From the NCBI RefSeq assembly GCF_009914755.1, contig NC_060928.1: a stretch of DNA of 64,000 bases, one strand, 5' to 3'. Under the pieces are notes generated by a model, which saw only the letters and a list, made by a program, of their open reading frames with translations, ran no database searches and had not been told where the DNA came from. The translations under genes and the position numbers were made by a program. This stretch comes from the human T2T-CHM13v2.0 reference genome, Homo sapiens. Shown in pieces: positions 41,669-60,557 of the stretch (its first letter is position 1; each line of letters opens with the position of its first letter).

Positions 41669-42000
41669 GGCTGGGCACGGAGGCTCACGCCTGTAATCCC
41701 AGCACTTTGGGAGCCTGTGGTGGGCAGATCACTTGAAGCCAAGAGTTCAAGACCAGCCTGGCCAACATGGTGAAACCCCGTCCCTACTGAAAATACAAAA
41801 ATTAGCTGGGCATGGTGGTGCATGCCTGTAATCCTAGATACTTGGGAGGCTGAGGTGGGAGGATCGCTTGAACCCAGGAGGCCGAGGTCGAAGTGAGCTA
41901 AGAATGTGCCACTGTACACGGTGTTGTGCCTGAGCAACAGAGTGAGACTCTGTCTTAAACAACAACAACACAACAACAACAACAAACAAACAAAAAAAAG
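41669..42000 (+). mobile_element. Alu (J/Sz)
   Basis: Full dimer with a (CAA)n tail. Confidence 0.88.
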
Positions 42001-42014
42001 TTTTTCTGAAGGAC

Positions 42015-42555
42015 ATACTAGTGGATCTCCAAATTCTGGACACATGGTCCCCCTTCTAGCAGCTTCGGCATAACCTGGAGGCTCACTAGACATACAAATT
42101 CTCAGGATCCTCCCCAGACCTACTCGGTCAGAAACTCTAGGGACACAGCAGTCTGTATAGTCGTCCCCCTTTTAGCCAAGGTTTTGCTTTCTGTGGTTTT
42201 GGTTACCCATGCTCAACCACAGTCTGAAAACATTAAATGAAAAATTCCAGACATAAACAATTCATAAGTTTTAAATTATGTGCCATTGTGAATATTGTTA
42301 TAATTGCTCATTTTATTACTTATTTTTGTTCATCTCTTATTGTGCCTAATTTATAAATTAAACTTTACCATAAGTATGTATGTCTAGGATAAAACATAGA
42401 AAACAGAATATATATCGTTCAGTACTATCTGTGGTTTTAGGCATCCATTGGGGGTCTTGGAATGGATCTCCCGTGAATAAGGGGGAACTACCGTGTCTTA
42501 ATAAGGCCACCAGAAGATTCTGATGCATGCACCAAGCCTCTGGGTTACACAACAT
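42015..42555. mobile_element. MER5A split by MER44 (Tigger7 MITE, about 42157-42493)
   Basis: TIR-like ends agtcgtcccc/gggggaactac and the MER44 body aacattaaatgaaaaattccag. Confidence 0.7.
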
Positions 42556-42559
42556 CCAT

Positions 42560-42980
42560 TTTCCTCTTATTTTCATGGTAATAGAACACTGGGCAGCAAT
42601 GTGCTCAGCTAAAATAAAATATTTCTTATCATCCTTGCAGATAGAATTGGCCAGTGAGTGCAAGCAGAAATCAGGGGGTGAGGTTTCTGGGAAATCTCAG
42701 CGAAGGGGGCTGGCTTCATGTTCATCACACCCTTGTTGCCTTTGCCCGCTTCCTGTACTTCCTGCTTGGAACTGGAGGTCCAGCAGCCATCTTGGATCAC
42801 AAGGTCTAAGGCTGAAGGTGAGAGAGCAGAGAGATTGAAGGAGCCTCGGCCCCTAATAATGTGGTGCTGCCCCATCAGCCTGGCACCTCCTTCCTCCAAT
42901 TTCTTTAGAAAAGAAATAAATGTCTCTCTTTAAGCCACTGTGGGGCTTTATGCTATATGCAGTTGAACCCAATTCTAACA
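42560..42980 (+). mobile_element. MLT1-type LTR
   Basis: cagcagccatcttg and agaaataaatgtctctctttaagccactg. Confidence 0.6.
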
Positions 42981-44044
42981 CATCTTATAAATACAATACT
43001 CTGAAAAAAACTTAAGCTATAAAAGCCTATTCTAGCAACATATGGTAAAGATGGGGTATCACTCTCCAGATTGAGGCATAAACCCAGGAGGAAAGGCTAG
43101 GGGAACAACAGATGGAAAGATCAGTGGCGAGATCTCTGGTGAGACCAGAGATACAGGGTCATTCTCAGATATTCATCCAAGATGAACTCTTTATGGGCTA
43201 ACTCCATAAAGAAAACACGGATTACTTCTCACCATCCTCTGGACTTTGTGTATATCAGCTAATAATAAGAATTTGTTTCTAGTAATGGAGCATACCTACA
43301 AATACAACTAAAGGGCCAAGTATTTTTATAATATCTGTATTTTCTTATGCATATACTCCTATGCTAGGGATTGTGATAGAGAAATAAAGATGAATATTTT
43401 AAAGTAGCTACCTTTCAGAAACTCAAGATTTAAAAAAATGGCTGAAAGAGAAGACTTTGAATGCTCACAGCACAAAGAAGTGATAAATGTTTGCAGTGAT
43501 GGTATGCCAATTACCCTGGTGTGATCATTACACATTGTATCTATGTATTAAATATCACTCGGTACCCCATAAATATGTAAAATTATTACATACCAATTAA
43601 AATAGTAACAAAAATTACAAATGTTCAATAAGGGGAAAACCATTGTCTTTTGCAGCTGTTCAGAGACTTGGCCTCAAGAATATTTAACATTAATTTTTTT
43701 CTTTTTTATTCTAGGCTAAGGGCAGTGCCCCATCTTGCTAAGGTTGGCATGATGCCTCCAGGGTTTCCTGTGCATGGGTTATGGATCATTTATTTTTTGT
43801 TTAACCAAAGTGGTTTGCGTTGAGCTATCTATATTAGACACCTGATTCAATTTGAGTAAATTCCTTTCACTAAAAAAAGATCCAGGCATTGTTTCACTCT
43901 GTCCTGTGTTTTCCTTGGGGTAACTTCTTCTGGGTCTGACCTTAGAAATAGTCCTCTCTGGAACTCTTGATGAGTAGGGTTTGGAATCAAAGCAGGGAAG
44001 AGTTACTCAGAGCAACTTCGTGGACTGGGTCATTCTGGAGAGGA

Positions 44045-44520
44045 TAGTTCATTCATTCATTCATACATTCACTCACTAAATGGATGTTTATTAAGTACCT
44101 ATCATGCACCAGGTATTATCCCTGGAGCTATGGTTTCTACTGGTAAGGCCTGGTCCCTACCCACTTTGCTCACAATCAGAATGGAAGACAGACCAGAAGA
44201 AAAACCAAAGGCAAACAGAAAGGGAAATCAAGACCCAGAAAGTAAAGGAGACAATTACACATTGTGACATGAGCTGTGAAGGAAACAAACAGGATACTTA
44301 CAGAGAAAAACCAGGGTAGTGGGTACAGACCTTCCTTAGAAAGCCTCTAAGAGGAGGCAAAATTTGAGCTGAAGCTTAAAGGTTAAGAAGGAGGCAGCCA
44401 GGCTGAGAGCCAGCAGTGAGGTGTCCTGGTAGAAAGAACAGGGTGCTCAGAGGCTGGGAAAGGGTTGCAAGTTTCAGGAAGGGAAGGAAAGACAGTGTGA
44501 GGGACAATGGGGAGAAGGTG
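44045..44520. mobile_element. L2 3' region
   Basis: (ttca)n...ttattaagtacctatcatgcaccagg. Confidence 0.65.
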
Positions 44521-46159
44521 ATGGGGCAGCATCTGAGGATTAAGGATTGGGCCGTCTCAGGGCAGAGGGGCTGCTGTGCAAGCCGTTAAATTGCCTGAGG
44601 ATCTAGAGTTGGAATAGCTTCTCTTTCTCTAGCAACCTGTACTTCTCCCTTTGAGTCTTGTTTTAGATACACTTATTATAAGTCACTGAAAGATCTTCAA
44701 GTGCACACATGGGGAGACAAAGGATGAAAAAGAAAATTAGAGATGAGGAGAGAAGGCGGGCAAGAATAATTGGAAGCAGAGGGGCATATGGCTTCTTTGT
44801 CTTAGAGAAATCACAAGCACAGCCCTTTGAAGGTAGACACAGAGTTATAAATCTCATTTTATTATTTTACTTTCTTAAAGCTCAATTTGTAAAGTAAGCA
44901 ATTAAAATGTTCAAATTAAAAAGCCAAAGTAAATCACAATTATGAGTCAGCTCTTAATCTACTTAGATTTCTTTTCCTCTCTCAAAATGAAGAATTACAT
45001 TTCATGTCAACTTCCACTAAAATCCCAGCAATGAAATTGTTTTCCATGGAATGAAGGCAGGGAGGGGTCTTGTCACATAATGTCCCCTCAGCCAGAGTCC
45101 TGAAAAGATCATGTATGGAACAGTCCAATTGTTCATATTGGCATACATTTATACAAGAGTTTTCAAATTAATTATAAGAGTAGAAGACAAAAAAAAAAAA
45201 AAAATCAAGAAAAGGGCATCTCCTTACTCTGGCCAGGACAAGATGTCAATCTTGTGATTCATCCAATCTGTAAACCTCATTAGAGGTTTTAATAGGGTGA
45301 GTTCCGATTGCCAGGGGCAGATGAGAGGTTCAGGTAGAAGAAGATTTTACCAATGGTCCAGGAGGAAAGGGGAGCAGGGTTTCTTTCAGTTACTCACCAA
45401 TCAGATGCATGTATAAGAGGAAAGTTATAAGCTGTAATCTCCACTGTGGTTGCTGACATTAGATGGCTGGGCTCAGGAAGGAGCCGCGTGACTTTCTTTA
45501 TATGTTTTTTTTTCACCAGCAACAAGCCGGATTTGAGCTGGCCATTACAGTCCAGTCACCTAAAGATCCCTGTGACTTAATTTCCAAATGCCCTTTTAAT
45601 CAAGCCAAACTCTCAAATGCTGCAAATTTAGACTGTATTGTCTTCCTCTCTACTGTTCTAATTACACTGTTTTAATTAGATTTCTCCCATCTTATAGCAT
45701 GTAGCCTGGGACTCAGATTTAATTTGATTTATTAAAATAATGTGATGTTGGAGGAAATTCTCAGCTGTTTCATGAGGTTTGTTTGTCTGTAGAAGGTTCA
45801 CTCTGAAGTCTGCACAGCAGAGTATGTTTCCTTTCATTCTTTCCTCATAAGCACAGGTTATGTAGCTCCCTGCCCCAGCTTCATCAGGGGAAACCTGAAT
45901 GGAAGCCAGTGTGAGAAGAGTGGGGAGGAGGGTTGAAGGAAAATAGAAAAAGCCAGGGATGGAGGAGGAGAGCCAAAAGACCTAAGGGACTACAGAGGGA
46001 GGAGGAGAGTGAAGGAAACCAGAAGGACAAGGATAAAAACAAAGAAATGAGTCAAGACCTCTTCGATCATCTTCTGAATTTTGTGTTCAGGCATCTCATA
46101 GGAAGATTCCGATGCTTGGGAAGCTAATTTTGGCAGAAGTATGCAGGTTTTATTAGAGG

Positions 46160-47817
<1,658 letters not shown>

Positions 47818-50800
47818 TCAAAAGGAGAGAGATGTGGCGAGGCATTAAGCCCCGTTGTACAACTGCAGGAATAATAGATGGCTAAGGAAGTGATAAATAG
47901 AGAAGACACACAGATGCAAGAACTGACAGGACTTATTAGCTGGTTAGTTGTTATTGATGATGAAAGAAAGAAATATGGGTTAGATTAAATGATTGATTGT
48001 TCACCAAATATTCACTCTTTTCCTTCTTTTTCACTTCATGGGGGTAAAGGGGCAAAGTGCCATTGATCCTGGGCTTGACCTTGTAACTGGCTCTAAAAAG
48101 GAGGCTTTGAAAACCATGCCAAATGTCTACCCACATTTCTGAAGCTTCCACCCTCTGCCATGAGAAGAGCCTGCTCCCAGTAGCCATATTCCTTCACCCT
48201 GGGTCCAAGAATGAAGATCTAAGTTGAAGACTCAAACTCAACATGAAGCCCTGCCTCCTCTACCCCATTCCAGATGAGGCCAGCTGAGCTGCAACTCATT
48301 GACAGACCCATAAATATGAAATCAATGCTTGTTGTAAGCTGTTGAAATTTGGAGATGTTCATTAGAAAGATTATTACAGAAGAAATCTAATACACAAAAA
48401 TTGAGATGAAGCATTACAACTTGGATGGCTGGGAGAATGAAGGACTAATTAGAAAGAGGGAAAAAGTTGGGAAAGAGAGGAACAGAGCACCTTTGGGGGA
48501 CAAAGAAGTGCAGCATGTTTTTGTTCTGCTTTGTTTGCTTTGCTTTACAAATAATTTGATAGAATTCTCAAGTTCTACTGAGCTTTCAGCTCTTTGAGAG
48601 AAATGGTATATTTTGATCATCACTTCAGGGCTGAGCATAGTACCTGGCACCTCATAGACATGCAATAAATATTTGCAAAATAAGTGGATAAGTGAAATAT
48701 GAGATGATAACAGGGTATTCAGGAGGAAATTCTCTAAACAAAAATGTGAATCAGAACTCAGGTGGGAGAACAAAACTTAGAGATAATGGAATCAATCAGT
48801 ATAGAGGTGATGGGTAAACCTGTAGGAGGCCATGCATTCTGGAGGGAAAAGTGTAGGGACAGAGGAATAAAAGGCTAAGACAGGCTTTTGGGGTGGCCTA
48901 GGGCTAGAGGATGGGAGAATGAAGAGGGGATCTGTGGAGGAGACAGAAAAAAAATGATTGAAGAGGGAGGAGGAGAGCTAGGACCTCGTAGGATCATGGA
49001 AGCTAAGGGAGGAAAGGGCTTCCAGAAGGGGTGAAGGATCAATAGTATCAATTGCAGTAGAGAGGTCAAAAAGAATGAGTTAGAGGAAAACACCTAGAAT
49101 TTCTCCCAAAAGGAAGTCATTGGTGAACTTAGAGAGAGATGCTTTCTTCCATGTTTGAAATATCTATTAACATCTAACAAAAAATATATACAGATATTTG
49201 AATCAGGATACAGAAATCAATCAATGTAAAGGCAGGTGACGGCTGATTGAAGGCATCAAACATAACTGAGAGCAAACTTTGGCTTTTAGTGTCATTGTCA
49301 AGAAAATGTCCTATGGAACTGGATGGGCAAAAATCACCTTAGAAATAGAAAAAAAATTGACACTGTCACTTCACTCTAATGCTCTGTATTGTTTCTTTTT
49401 TCATTCTTTTCTCTGTGGTAGCAAATAAAACAGATGCAGAGAATTCTAGCAGAGAAAACATATATTTCCTTCTAAGTGAAGTATTTGGAAAGCTGAGGCC
49501 ATCTAGACTAGGTTAGAAGTGCCTTAATTCATAACAGCAGCAGCCTCATAAATAATAGCTGGATATCAAGAAGAACCTCTGACATGAACTAGAACTTAGA
49601 TAACAAGCTGATAGTACAGAAATAAAACTTGTTAGTAAAAGTGAACTTGGGGTTCCATTTTAAAACCGGGATTATTTACTTGGCCAAATGAGGTAATTAA
49701 CCAAAGAATGATTAAGGAGTCTAAGGAATTAATTTATTTGATAGTAAGAAGACAAGGTTCACTGAGCTTAGTGATAGATGTTAAAGAAGCGATAAGAACG
49801 CCCTGTGTTTGCAAGCAAACCGAAACCAAATTGTCTCAGTGAGCTGCTAACTTCAGATATACAAGCAGAAGACTCTGAGAAAGGACTTCGCTGAAACAAC
49901 AGTGAGAAATTCTACAGCATAAGAAATACTGCAGGGAGAAAGGGAGTTGGAAATAGTGATAGTTTAAAGTTCAATTAAAATGAAATTATTAGTAACTTAA
50001 TGGTAATAGGGAAGGAAACAAAACAGTAACGCCTTAAAAAGGATTGACCAAAATATCCCAGAAGAGCAATATAAAATGCCCATTTGTTTTTGGTTTCTTA
50101 TCATTATAAATGATGGACTATCAAAGCAACAGCAAACCCATTAATCAAGACTGTAAACAATTAAAATCTTTTTCCAGATCCGGGAAAGCATCAGAATTAT
50201 CAAGACAGTGCCAAAAAAAGGAACATAAATTTCAGCCAGCCCTTTGGATCTGGGAAGTGTTTAGGCTACCCAGCCAAAAAGTCAGAGAGCAAACAGTCTA
50301 AACTAAGCTGATAACAACTGATCATTAATTAGAACTGAAGCCAACTATCTCAGTTTAGAGAAATATCTTGGCTACTCTGCTAAGAGCCAGAAAGCCAAAG
50401 GTCCAAGTTGGGTTCATTATCATTAATCATAGGCAAAGCCACTGCCCAAAAAAGCCCCTATTAGTGAAGGGGCGTCTTTGAGAAGAAGCAGCCCCAAGAG
50501 AAGCTGGCAGGGATGCTCCTGGGGAAAGTGAACAGAAGATGGGGGCCCTGCCCACTGTGTTTGGAGGCCTGAACTCAAGGCTCAAGTCCCTGGAATTAAT
50601 CACATAGAACAAATTCTAGCATTAGAGGACAAGCTGATCATCTGGTAACTTGCTTTTACTGCAAAGACTTTTTCAAAAATGAGATTTTGGTCTTGGAATC
50701 CCATTGAAGTAGGAGGAAGAAGGTACAGTACAGGTAGAGCAAGGGAGAAATAATGGAGATGATTTGGATAAAAGGTGTCCAAAGGGAAATTAAATGCTGA

Positions 50801-51769
50801 TAGCACCAAAAGTCAGTCACCAAATGGAAATAGGAAAAATGACAGTGAGTGATCGTGGGAAGTGACGACATAGGGATAGTTTTGAGGGGATTTAAGAATT
50901 GGATGCCATTTACAAGTTCATGCATACTCATATTTAAATGCACGTCCACATCCGTAAGAAAACTCTTTTTCTATGTAATTGGAGAAAGCACTAAGTGCCT
51001 TTTCATGCAGGTATCTATTTTCCTTATAATAATACTGTACTTCATGGGTTCTAGGCTGCATACTACTTTCACATTTTAGTATCTGAAGTCAGAATGTACC
51101 TTAAAATCAATAGTTTGTCATAGTATAATTGGGGTGTTTTTATTATTGATACCTAAAACAGTGATGCTTCTTACCATTGTTGCCATTTAGATGTGATGTA
51201 GTTCACAAATATTTCTCACTTATTCAGTAGTTATGCTGTGTTTCACTGAGTGGTCAGTCTGCGCTGTAGCAGAGAAAGTGGGTGAGGCCAAGGTCGAAAG
51301 GCAGATCAGTACCAACCAGGGAAGAGACCAGTGCATGATTCAGGTTGCTGAGAACTGACAACATGCAAACCAGGCTCAATTAGTATAGCATTTACTTACA
51401 GCAAGAGGAAAGAGGCTGTGCACAAGATCCAGCCCCTTGCAATGCTTTGGTCCCCCGTGGCTAGCAGATATGTTCTGCAGCCAACTTCAACTTCATGCTG
51501 CAGTAGAAGGACCGAAACGCTTGTCCCCTGTGGTCTGAAATACAGAAAGCTGGGTGCATGCCGGAGGGCCACTGAAGCATGCGTAGCTAAGCAGTTCCAG
51601 GAGAGGTTTGCATGTGCCGAACGCAGCAGGAACCGGCCACACTGGCTGTGCTCTGAGCTCTTTGCATGTAATGCTATTTGTGCACCTGCCAGCACATCCT
51701 GTATTGAGTACAAGATTCTTCTTGGAGACAGAGGGGAGGCACCCAGCTGCTCTTGGACCCTTCCCTCAC

Positions 51770-51990
51770 ACTATACACATATTTTGTGCTAACTCTTCAT
51801 TAAAGCCTTATAACAACACAGGGCAAGTTTGGCTCTATAGTAGTTTTCTCCATTTCATAAATGAGGAAACTGAGGTTTCAACATGGTAAATAACCTGCCC
51901 AAGGTCGCGCTGCTAATAAGTGAGATGGCCAGGTCCTGAACGCAGGTCCGTACATCTTCAGAGCCTGTGCACTTAACCAGGATGCTTACA
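51770..51990. mobile_element. MIR
   Basis: ccatttcataaatgaggaaactgaggt...aacctgcccaaggtc core. Confidence 0.75.
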
Positions 51991-52447
51991 CTACCCTGCC
52001 TCTTCCAAGAAGATGGTCTTTGGAGAAGAAAGAGTATTGATAATTTACTCGGACAGGGTAGGTGTAGAAGAGGTGGAAGAGAATGGAGAAAATTCTTTTT
52101 AAGTAAGAGAAATACTCCAGGTAAGCAGCCTCTCACCCTTGTGGTTTGATGCCATCTATAATTGAAGGTGTTCATTCCAGGAAGATGGCTTTGTGAATGG
52201 TGAGACTGGTGTCTCCAAGCCTGCTCCTTCTATATCCTTGCATACAGGCCTCAGAAACCTGAATGAGTAAGATATTTAGTCCCTGGGGTTCAGATAGTGT
52301 GCAAGAAACCTGTACCACTTCACCACTGCTGAAAGATGCACGTTGTATTCCTGGAAGAGTTGATTAAACTTCTCAGTGTCTTAATCATCTAAAGAAGGAA
52401 TCACACAAATACTATATTCAAACCTGAACTCTGGACTCTGTACATAT

Positions 52448-52568
52448 GCATGTGGAGTATGTGTGTGTGTGTGTGTGTGCATGTGCATGTGTATGTGTGT
52501 GTATGTGGAGTATGTGTGTATATGTGGAATATGTGTGTATGTGGCGTGTGTGTATGTGGTGTGTGTGT
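52448..52568 (+). repeat. (TG)n/(TATG)n microsatellite
   Basis: Visible alternating purine-pyrimidine run. Confidence 0.9.
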
Positions 52569-53244
52569 TCAGAGATACATACCATTTTAAAAGCTGTAAA
52601 ACATAATTACTTGGGTAAGTTTTGAACATGTGTGATATTTCAGAAATACCACTCTGATAGATCTAGGGCATGTTTACATATTTTTAAGCACACTAGGATA
52701 ATTTCCATTCAAAAACGTGTATTTTATTCCCAAATGCTATGTAAATGGTAATTTTGAATGCATAAGTACATTTTTGGTTAAAGAGAACATCGTCATCACT
52801 TAATATATTACTGGAGATATACACAGATGTTGTTTATGCTTATGATTTATGTAAATTGCCTTTCAGTGGGGAAGAAATGTATACATGAGGTTTAAACTTG
52901 TTATTTCTTATATATTTAGTGTATGTAGTTTGTTTATATTTCACAGAAAGCAAATACAGAAAAGCAATAGAAATCAGCATATTGTACCAAGCTTTCTGAC
53001 AATTTTGAATTAAATGCCCCGAATTTGTTAACTTTCAGAAATGCTGAAAAATTAAAAGAGACAATTTAAGAAGGGTGTATTTTCCCATCGTGCTCTGTGT
53101 ACACCAGTTTCAGTAGTAAACTCATCTTTTTTATGTTCCCTGAGGGCACAGGCATTCGCAGCATCCTTCCTTTGCTCATGATGACTCTTCAGACCCCATG
53201 CCCATCTCAGAATATGCTTCATGGGGCCTTGTTCAATCCTACTT

Positions 53245-54095
53245 CTATTAGTATCCTGTGGCTGCTGTAACAAGTTACCACAAACCCAGTGGCTTAAAAC
53301 AACAAAAATGTATTCTCTCACAGTTCTGGAGGCCAGAAATCTGAAATCCTTTTCACTGGGCTCAATCAAGAGGTCAGAAGGGCTGTGTTCTCTCTGGAGG
53401 CTTAGTGGAGAATCTGTTCCTTTGCTTTTTCCAACTGCTGGTGGCTGTCAGCCATCCTTGGCTTGTGGCTGCACCACTCCAATCTCTGCCTCCATGGTCA
53501 CCTTGCCTCCTCCTCTTCTGTCTGTATCATCTATCTCTCCCTGTCTCTTATAGGACAGTTGTGATTAGAATTAGAGCCCACCCAGATAATCCAGGATAAT
53601 CTCTCAATGTTAGGATCCTTGCTATGGACTGAATGTTTGTGTCTCCCCCAGATTCATATGTTGAAACCCAATCCCCAGTGTAACGGTATTTGGGGTGGGG
53701 CCTTTGGAAATAATTAGGGTTAGATGACGTCATGAAGATGGGTGCCTCATGATGGGATTAGTGCTCTTATAAAGAGAGAAAGAGACGGGAGATCTCTCTC
53801 CACCACCTGAGGATAAATCAAGAAGGCAGCCATCTGCAAACCAGGAAGAGGGCCCTTACCAGACACCAATTCTACTAGCACCTTGATCTTGGACCTCCCA
53901 ACCCCTAAACCTGTGAGAAATAGATGTTTGTTGTTTAAGCCACCCAGTTTATGGTATTTTGTTACAGCAGCCCAAACTGAGTAACACAATCCTTGATCTC
54001 ATCTGCAAAAGCCTTTTTCCTTTATAAGGTAAAGGGTAAAGTTTATAGGAATTAGGACCTGATGTCTTTGGGTGGTCATTTTTCAGCCTACTATA
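53245..54095. mobile_element. MLT1C-like LTR (-) split by an MLT1A/MSTD-like LTR (+, 53620-53988)
   Basis: The inner LTR runs tgctatgg...aacaca with 5-bp TSD ATCCT at 53615-53619 and 53989-53993. Confidence 0.8.
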
Positions 54096-54603
54096 CTACC
54101 ATTCTCCTAACCCACCTCAAGTCTCAGCTTTTCCATGAAGTAGGAAAATGGAGACAGTCCTGAACTAGGAATCGGGGAGCTAGCCTCCAGTTTTGACTTA
54201 GAACTAACTTGCTTTTTTACCCTGGGCTGTCACTTCTTTGGACCTCAGTTTCCTTGATGTAAAACAGGTGAGTCAGATGCAACTTTGTCAATAAGCCTGC
54301 CAGAACAGTTTGGGTGGGAAAATTCTTTGCTCTGAAGGACTTCAATATCATTAGCATATCTGGCCCTAAATGCCTGGTCAAGATGAAAACCCTCACCCAC
54401 ACTTCACAGAGAGAGCCACTGAAATAGAACATCTCTCAGATGCCTTTAAAACAGAATACTATATTTATGAATAAGAGTCTCCCCAGTTTAGAAGTAATGC
54501 ATGTCATGCCAGTTAAATAAATATTGAAAAACAGTTTTGAGTACCAACAAGAAAGAAAATAACCCAAGATAATTGCTGCCAGCATTTTGATATTATCCCT
54601 CCA

Positions 54604-54967
54604 GTCTCTCTCTCTTCTTTCTTTCTCTTTCTTCCTTCCTTCCTTTCTCTCTTTCTTTCTTTCCCCTTCCTTCCTCTCTTTTCTTTCTTTCTCTTTCTTT
54701 CTTTCTTTTTTCTTCCTTCCTTTCTCTTTCTTTCTCTTTTTCTTTCTTTTCTTTCTCCTCCTTCCTTCCTCTTTCTTTCTCTTTCTTTCTTTTTCTTTTT
54801 TCCTTCCTTCCTTCCTCTTTCTCTTTCCCTCCCTCTCTCTCTCTCTTTTTCCCCTTCCTTCCTTCCTTCCTCCCTCCCCTCCCCTCCACTTCCCTCTTCT
54901 CCCCTCCCTCTCCTCTTCTCCTTTCTTTTTCTTTCTTTCTTTTTCTTTTTTCTTTTTTTCTTTTTTT
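54604..54967 (+). repeat. Polypyrimidine tract extending an antisense Alu tail
   Basis: About 360 nt of C/T, contiguous with the AluJ. Confidence 0.95.
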
Positions 54968-55243
54968 GAGACAGGATCTCGCTCTGTCACCCAGGCTGGA
55001 GTGCAATGGCAGGATCTTGGCTCACTACAGCTTTGACTTTCCGGACTCAAGCAATCTGCTTGCCTTGGCCTCCCAAGTGGCTAGGACTAAAGGTGTGTAC
55101 CACCACGGCCAGTTAATTTTGTATTTTTTGTAGAGACGGTTTCGCCATGTTGCCCAGCCTGGTCTCGAATTTCTGGGTTCAAGCAATCCACCCACCTCGG
55201 CCTCCCAAAGTGCTGGGATTACAGGCGTGAGCCACTGTGCTGG
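54968..55243 (-). mobile_element. AluJ
   Basis: Antisense dimer. Confidence 0.85.
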
Positions 55244-55544
55244 ACTTTCATGCATCTCTATACATTTTAAAATTCAAATTGGATCTCACCATACATTCCG
55301 TTTCATCATTTCCTTGTTATTCTAAATAATACACTATTGATATTCCTTCATATTATGAAATATTCTTCTATGAGTTGATTTTTAAATGAAATTTAGTATT
55401 TCACATGGGTCACTGATAAAAACACCGTGAGTCACACCACTCTGACCCCTGTAAATACAGTGTATCTTTTTCATCTCCTGGTTTTGGCACCACAATTTTG
55501 GCACAAGATTATATTATGCTTTTATTCTCCTTATTATTATCATT

Positions 55545-55840
<296 letters not shown>

Positions 55841-56305
55841 TAAAATAAATGTGTAAGAATCATTGAGAGTAGGTGCTGGAAAAATAACTTGAATGAAAAT
55901 TAAATGTTGGAAGCTGATGAAAGTTATCTTTCTTTTAATTAAGGTTTTTAAATTAAAATTTTAAATCAACACATAAGTGTACATATTTATGTGGTACGTA
56001 GTGATGATGTGATACATATAATGTATAGTGATGAGATGAAAGTTATCTTTAAACACTTCCTATCTAAATGGATGCCCTTCCCCATCCTGTTCTCTGCTAA
56101 AAGTGAAGATATCAACCATAATGTAAGCAACACTGATGTAGCATTTTAATGTGCCATGAAAGCGTTTGACATACATTAATTCATTTAATCCTCACAGAAA
56201 GCATATTAGGTAGGTACTCTTAGAATGAAACTGAGGCACAGAGAGACCAAGTAACTTGCCCAAGTCCACACAGCTAATAAGTGGCAAAGCTGGGATTTCA
56301 GTTAG

Positions 56306-56621
<316 letters not shown>

Positions 56622-57563
56622 CATGCTGACTCTTAAAAGGCCAAAAAGGAGAAGTGGGTATGGTGGTAGTGGGAGTCTCCATTTCTGAGGGGTCTAGGAG
56701 TGGGGTCAACCTGTGTTGCATGGGTGATGGGTAATCATTTGGTGCCCCTTCCAAGGAAAGCACCTACTCTTTAGGTGCTTCTTCTGCATTGATTTAGCTG
56801 TGTTAGATGAGATCAGCAAAGAATGTCCTGTTATTTCTACTCTAGAGCACTATCTGTTTCTGAGGGAAGAGGATACATTACATATTGCTACTTAGATCTG
56901 AAGTCCTGTTTGCAGACCTGAGTTATTTAGCACCTGATTTCCGACTTTTCTTTGCTGATATGTGAGCACCCTTTAAAGACTGGCACCCCAGGCATTGTGT
57001 AGCTGCCTGGCACTTTGTCTAGCTCTGACTAGAAGCTGGAGGCAGGCAGTGTCCCTTGGCTGCCTCTGGCATCTAGGGGAAGGAATGGGCGTTCCTGCTT
57101 CCCTTTCTCATCAGCTGTTAACTGATATGAAGAGTGACATTCTCCAAACCAGAGGAATGATCAGACCAAGTGTTATTTAAATGCTGACAAAATGATTCAA
57201 AATACTCATTAAAAAATGTTATTCATGTCATTATTATATATATTATTTAAATATCACTCATGAATAATTATTTGTTCAATAATTACTTAGAGAGTCCATG
57301 TGCCAGGCATGGTTCTGTGTGCTGGAGACACCACATTTTGTAAACAGATGAACTAAAGAAACTTGCCAAGTTCTGCCCTCATGGAGTTTACATCCTGAAG
57401 GGGAAGCCAGACAAAATCAAACATACATAGGCTAGACTCTCAGGCAGTGATCGCTGCTAGGAAGAAAAAGTAGCGGCAAGAAGACTGAGTGGATTGGGGT
57501 GGGGACAGAAGAGGGAAGCTGTGGGGATAGTGAGAGCTTGGTGTCATCAAGAAAGCCAGTGTG

Positions 57564-57960
<397 letters not shown>

Positions 57961-58013
57961 TCACGCGGGGCCTGAATGTGTTATTCAAGGCAGGACAGGA
58001 AGACAGTGATGGA

Positions 58014-58181
58014 TTTTTTTTTTTTCCTTGAGAAGAGGGTGAGGAGTCTTGGAGGATCGTCGGGGGTGCGAGATGTCTCGTTATGTTGCCCAGCTGGTCT
58101 CTAACTCCTAGGCTGAAGCGATCCTCCCACCTCAGCCTCCCGAGTAACTGGGATTACAGGCGTAAGCCACTGCACTGGGCT
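58014..58181 (-). mobile_element. FLAM_A-like Alu monomer with an extra segment of about 40 nt
   Basis: Monomer at 58069-58181, non-Alu segment at 58026-58068, poly(T) at 58014-58025. Confidence 0.7.
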
Positions 58182-58648
58182 CTCAGTGACAAGGATTTTG
58201 AATCAGCAAGAGATATATTCTTGAATTTTCATTGTCAACACCCATTATGGAGCCATGTGGAAGACAGACCCTAGGACGGGAGCAAGACAGGCTGGGAGGC
58301 TGGTTAGGAGCTGCTGCAGAAAGATGATGGGGGCTTGACCAGGCGGCAATGTAAGGGGTGAAAAATGGTCAGATTTAGAATGTAATTTTGAAAGTGGAGT
58401 TGATGGATTGGTTGTGGGGTGGGAGAGAAAGAAAGCAAAGAAGACTTCTGCTTTTCCCCCTTCAAGGGTAGGCACAGGAGGCAGTAAAATGTCAAAACAA
58501 AAGAAAATATTAAATTTGCCTTATTAGATATCTAAGTAAGATGTCTCATTGAATAAATGAGTCAGGGGAGAGCTCCATGCTGAAAGTCTAATTGGGGTTT
58601 ACCAGCATATATGTTATTTAAATCCATGGAAATAAACAGTCATTTGGA

Positions 58649-60557
<1,909 letters not shown>

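Noticed and set aside
45390-45420. CCAAT plus TATA-like promoter
   Set aside because: The spacing is only about 12 nt, there is no CpG island, and such matches are expected by chance.
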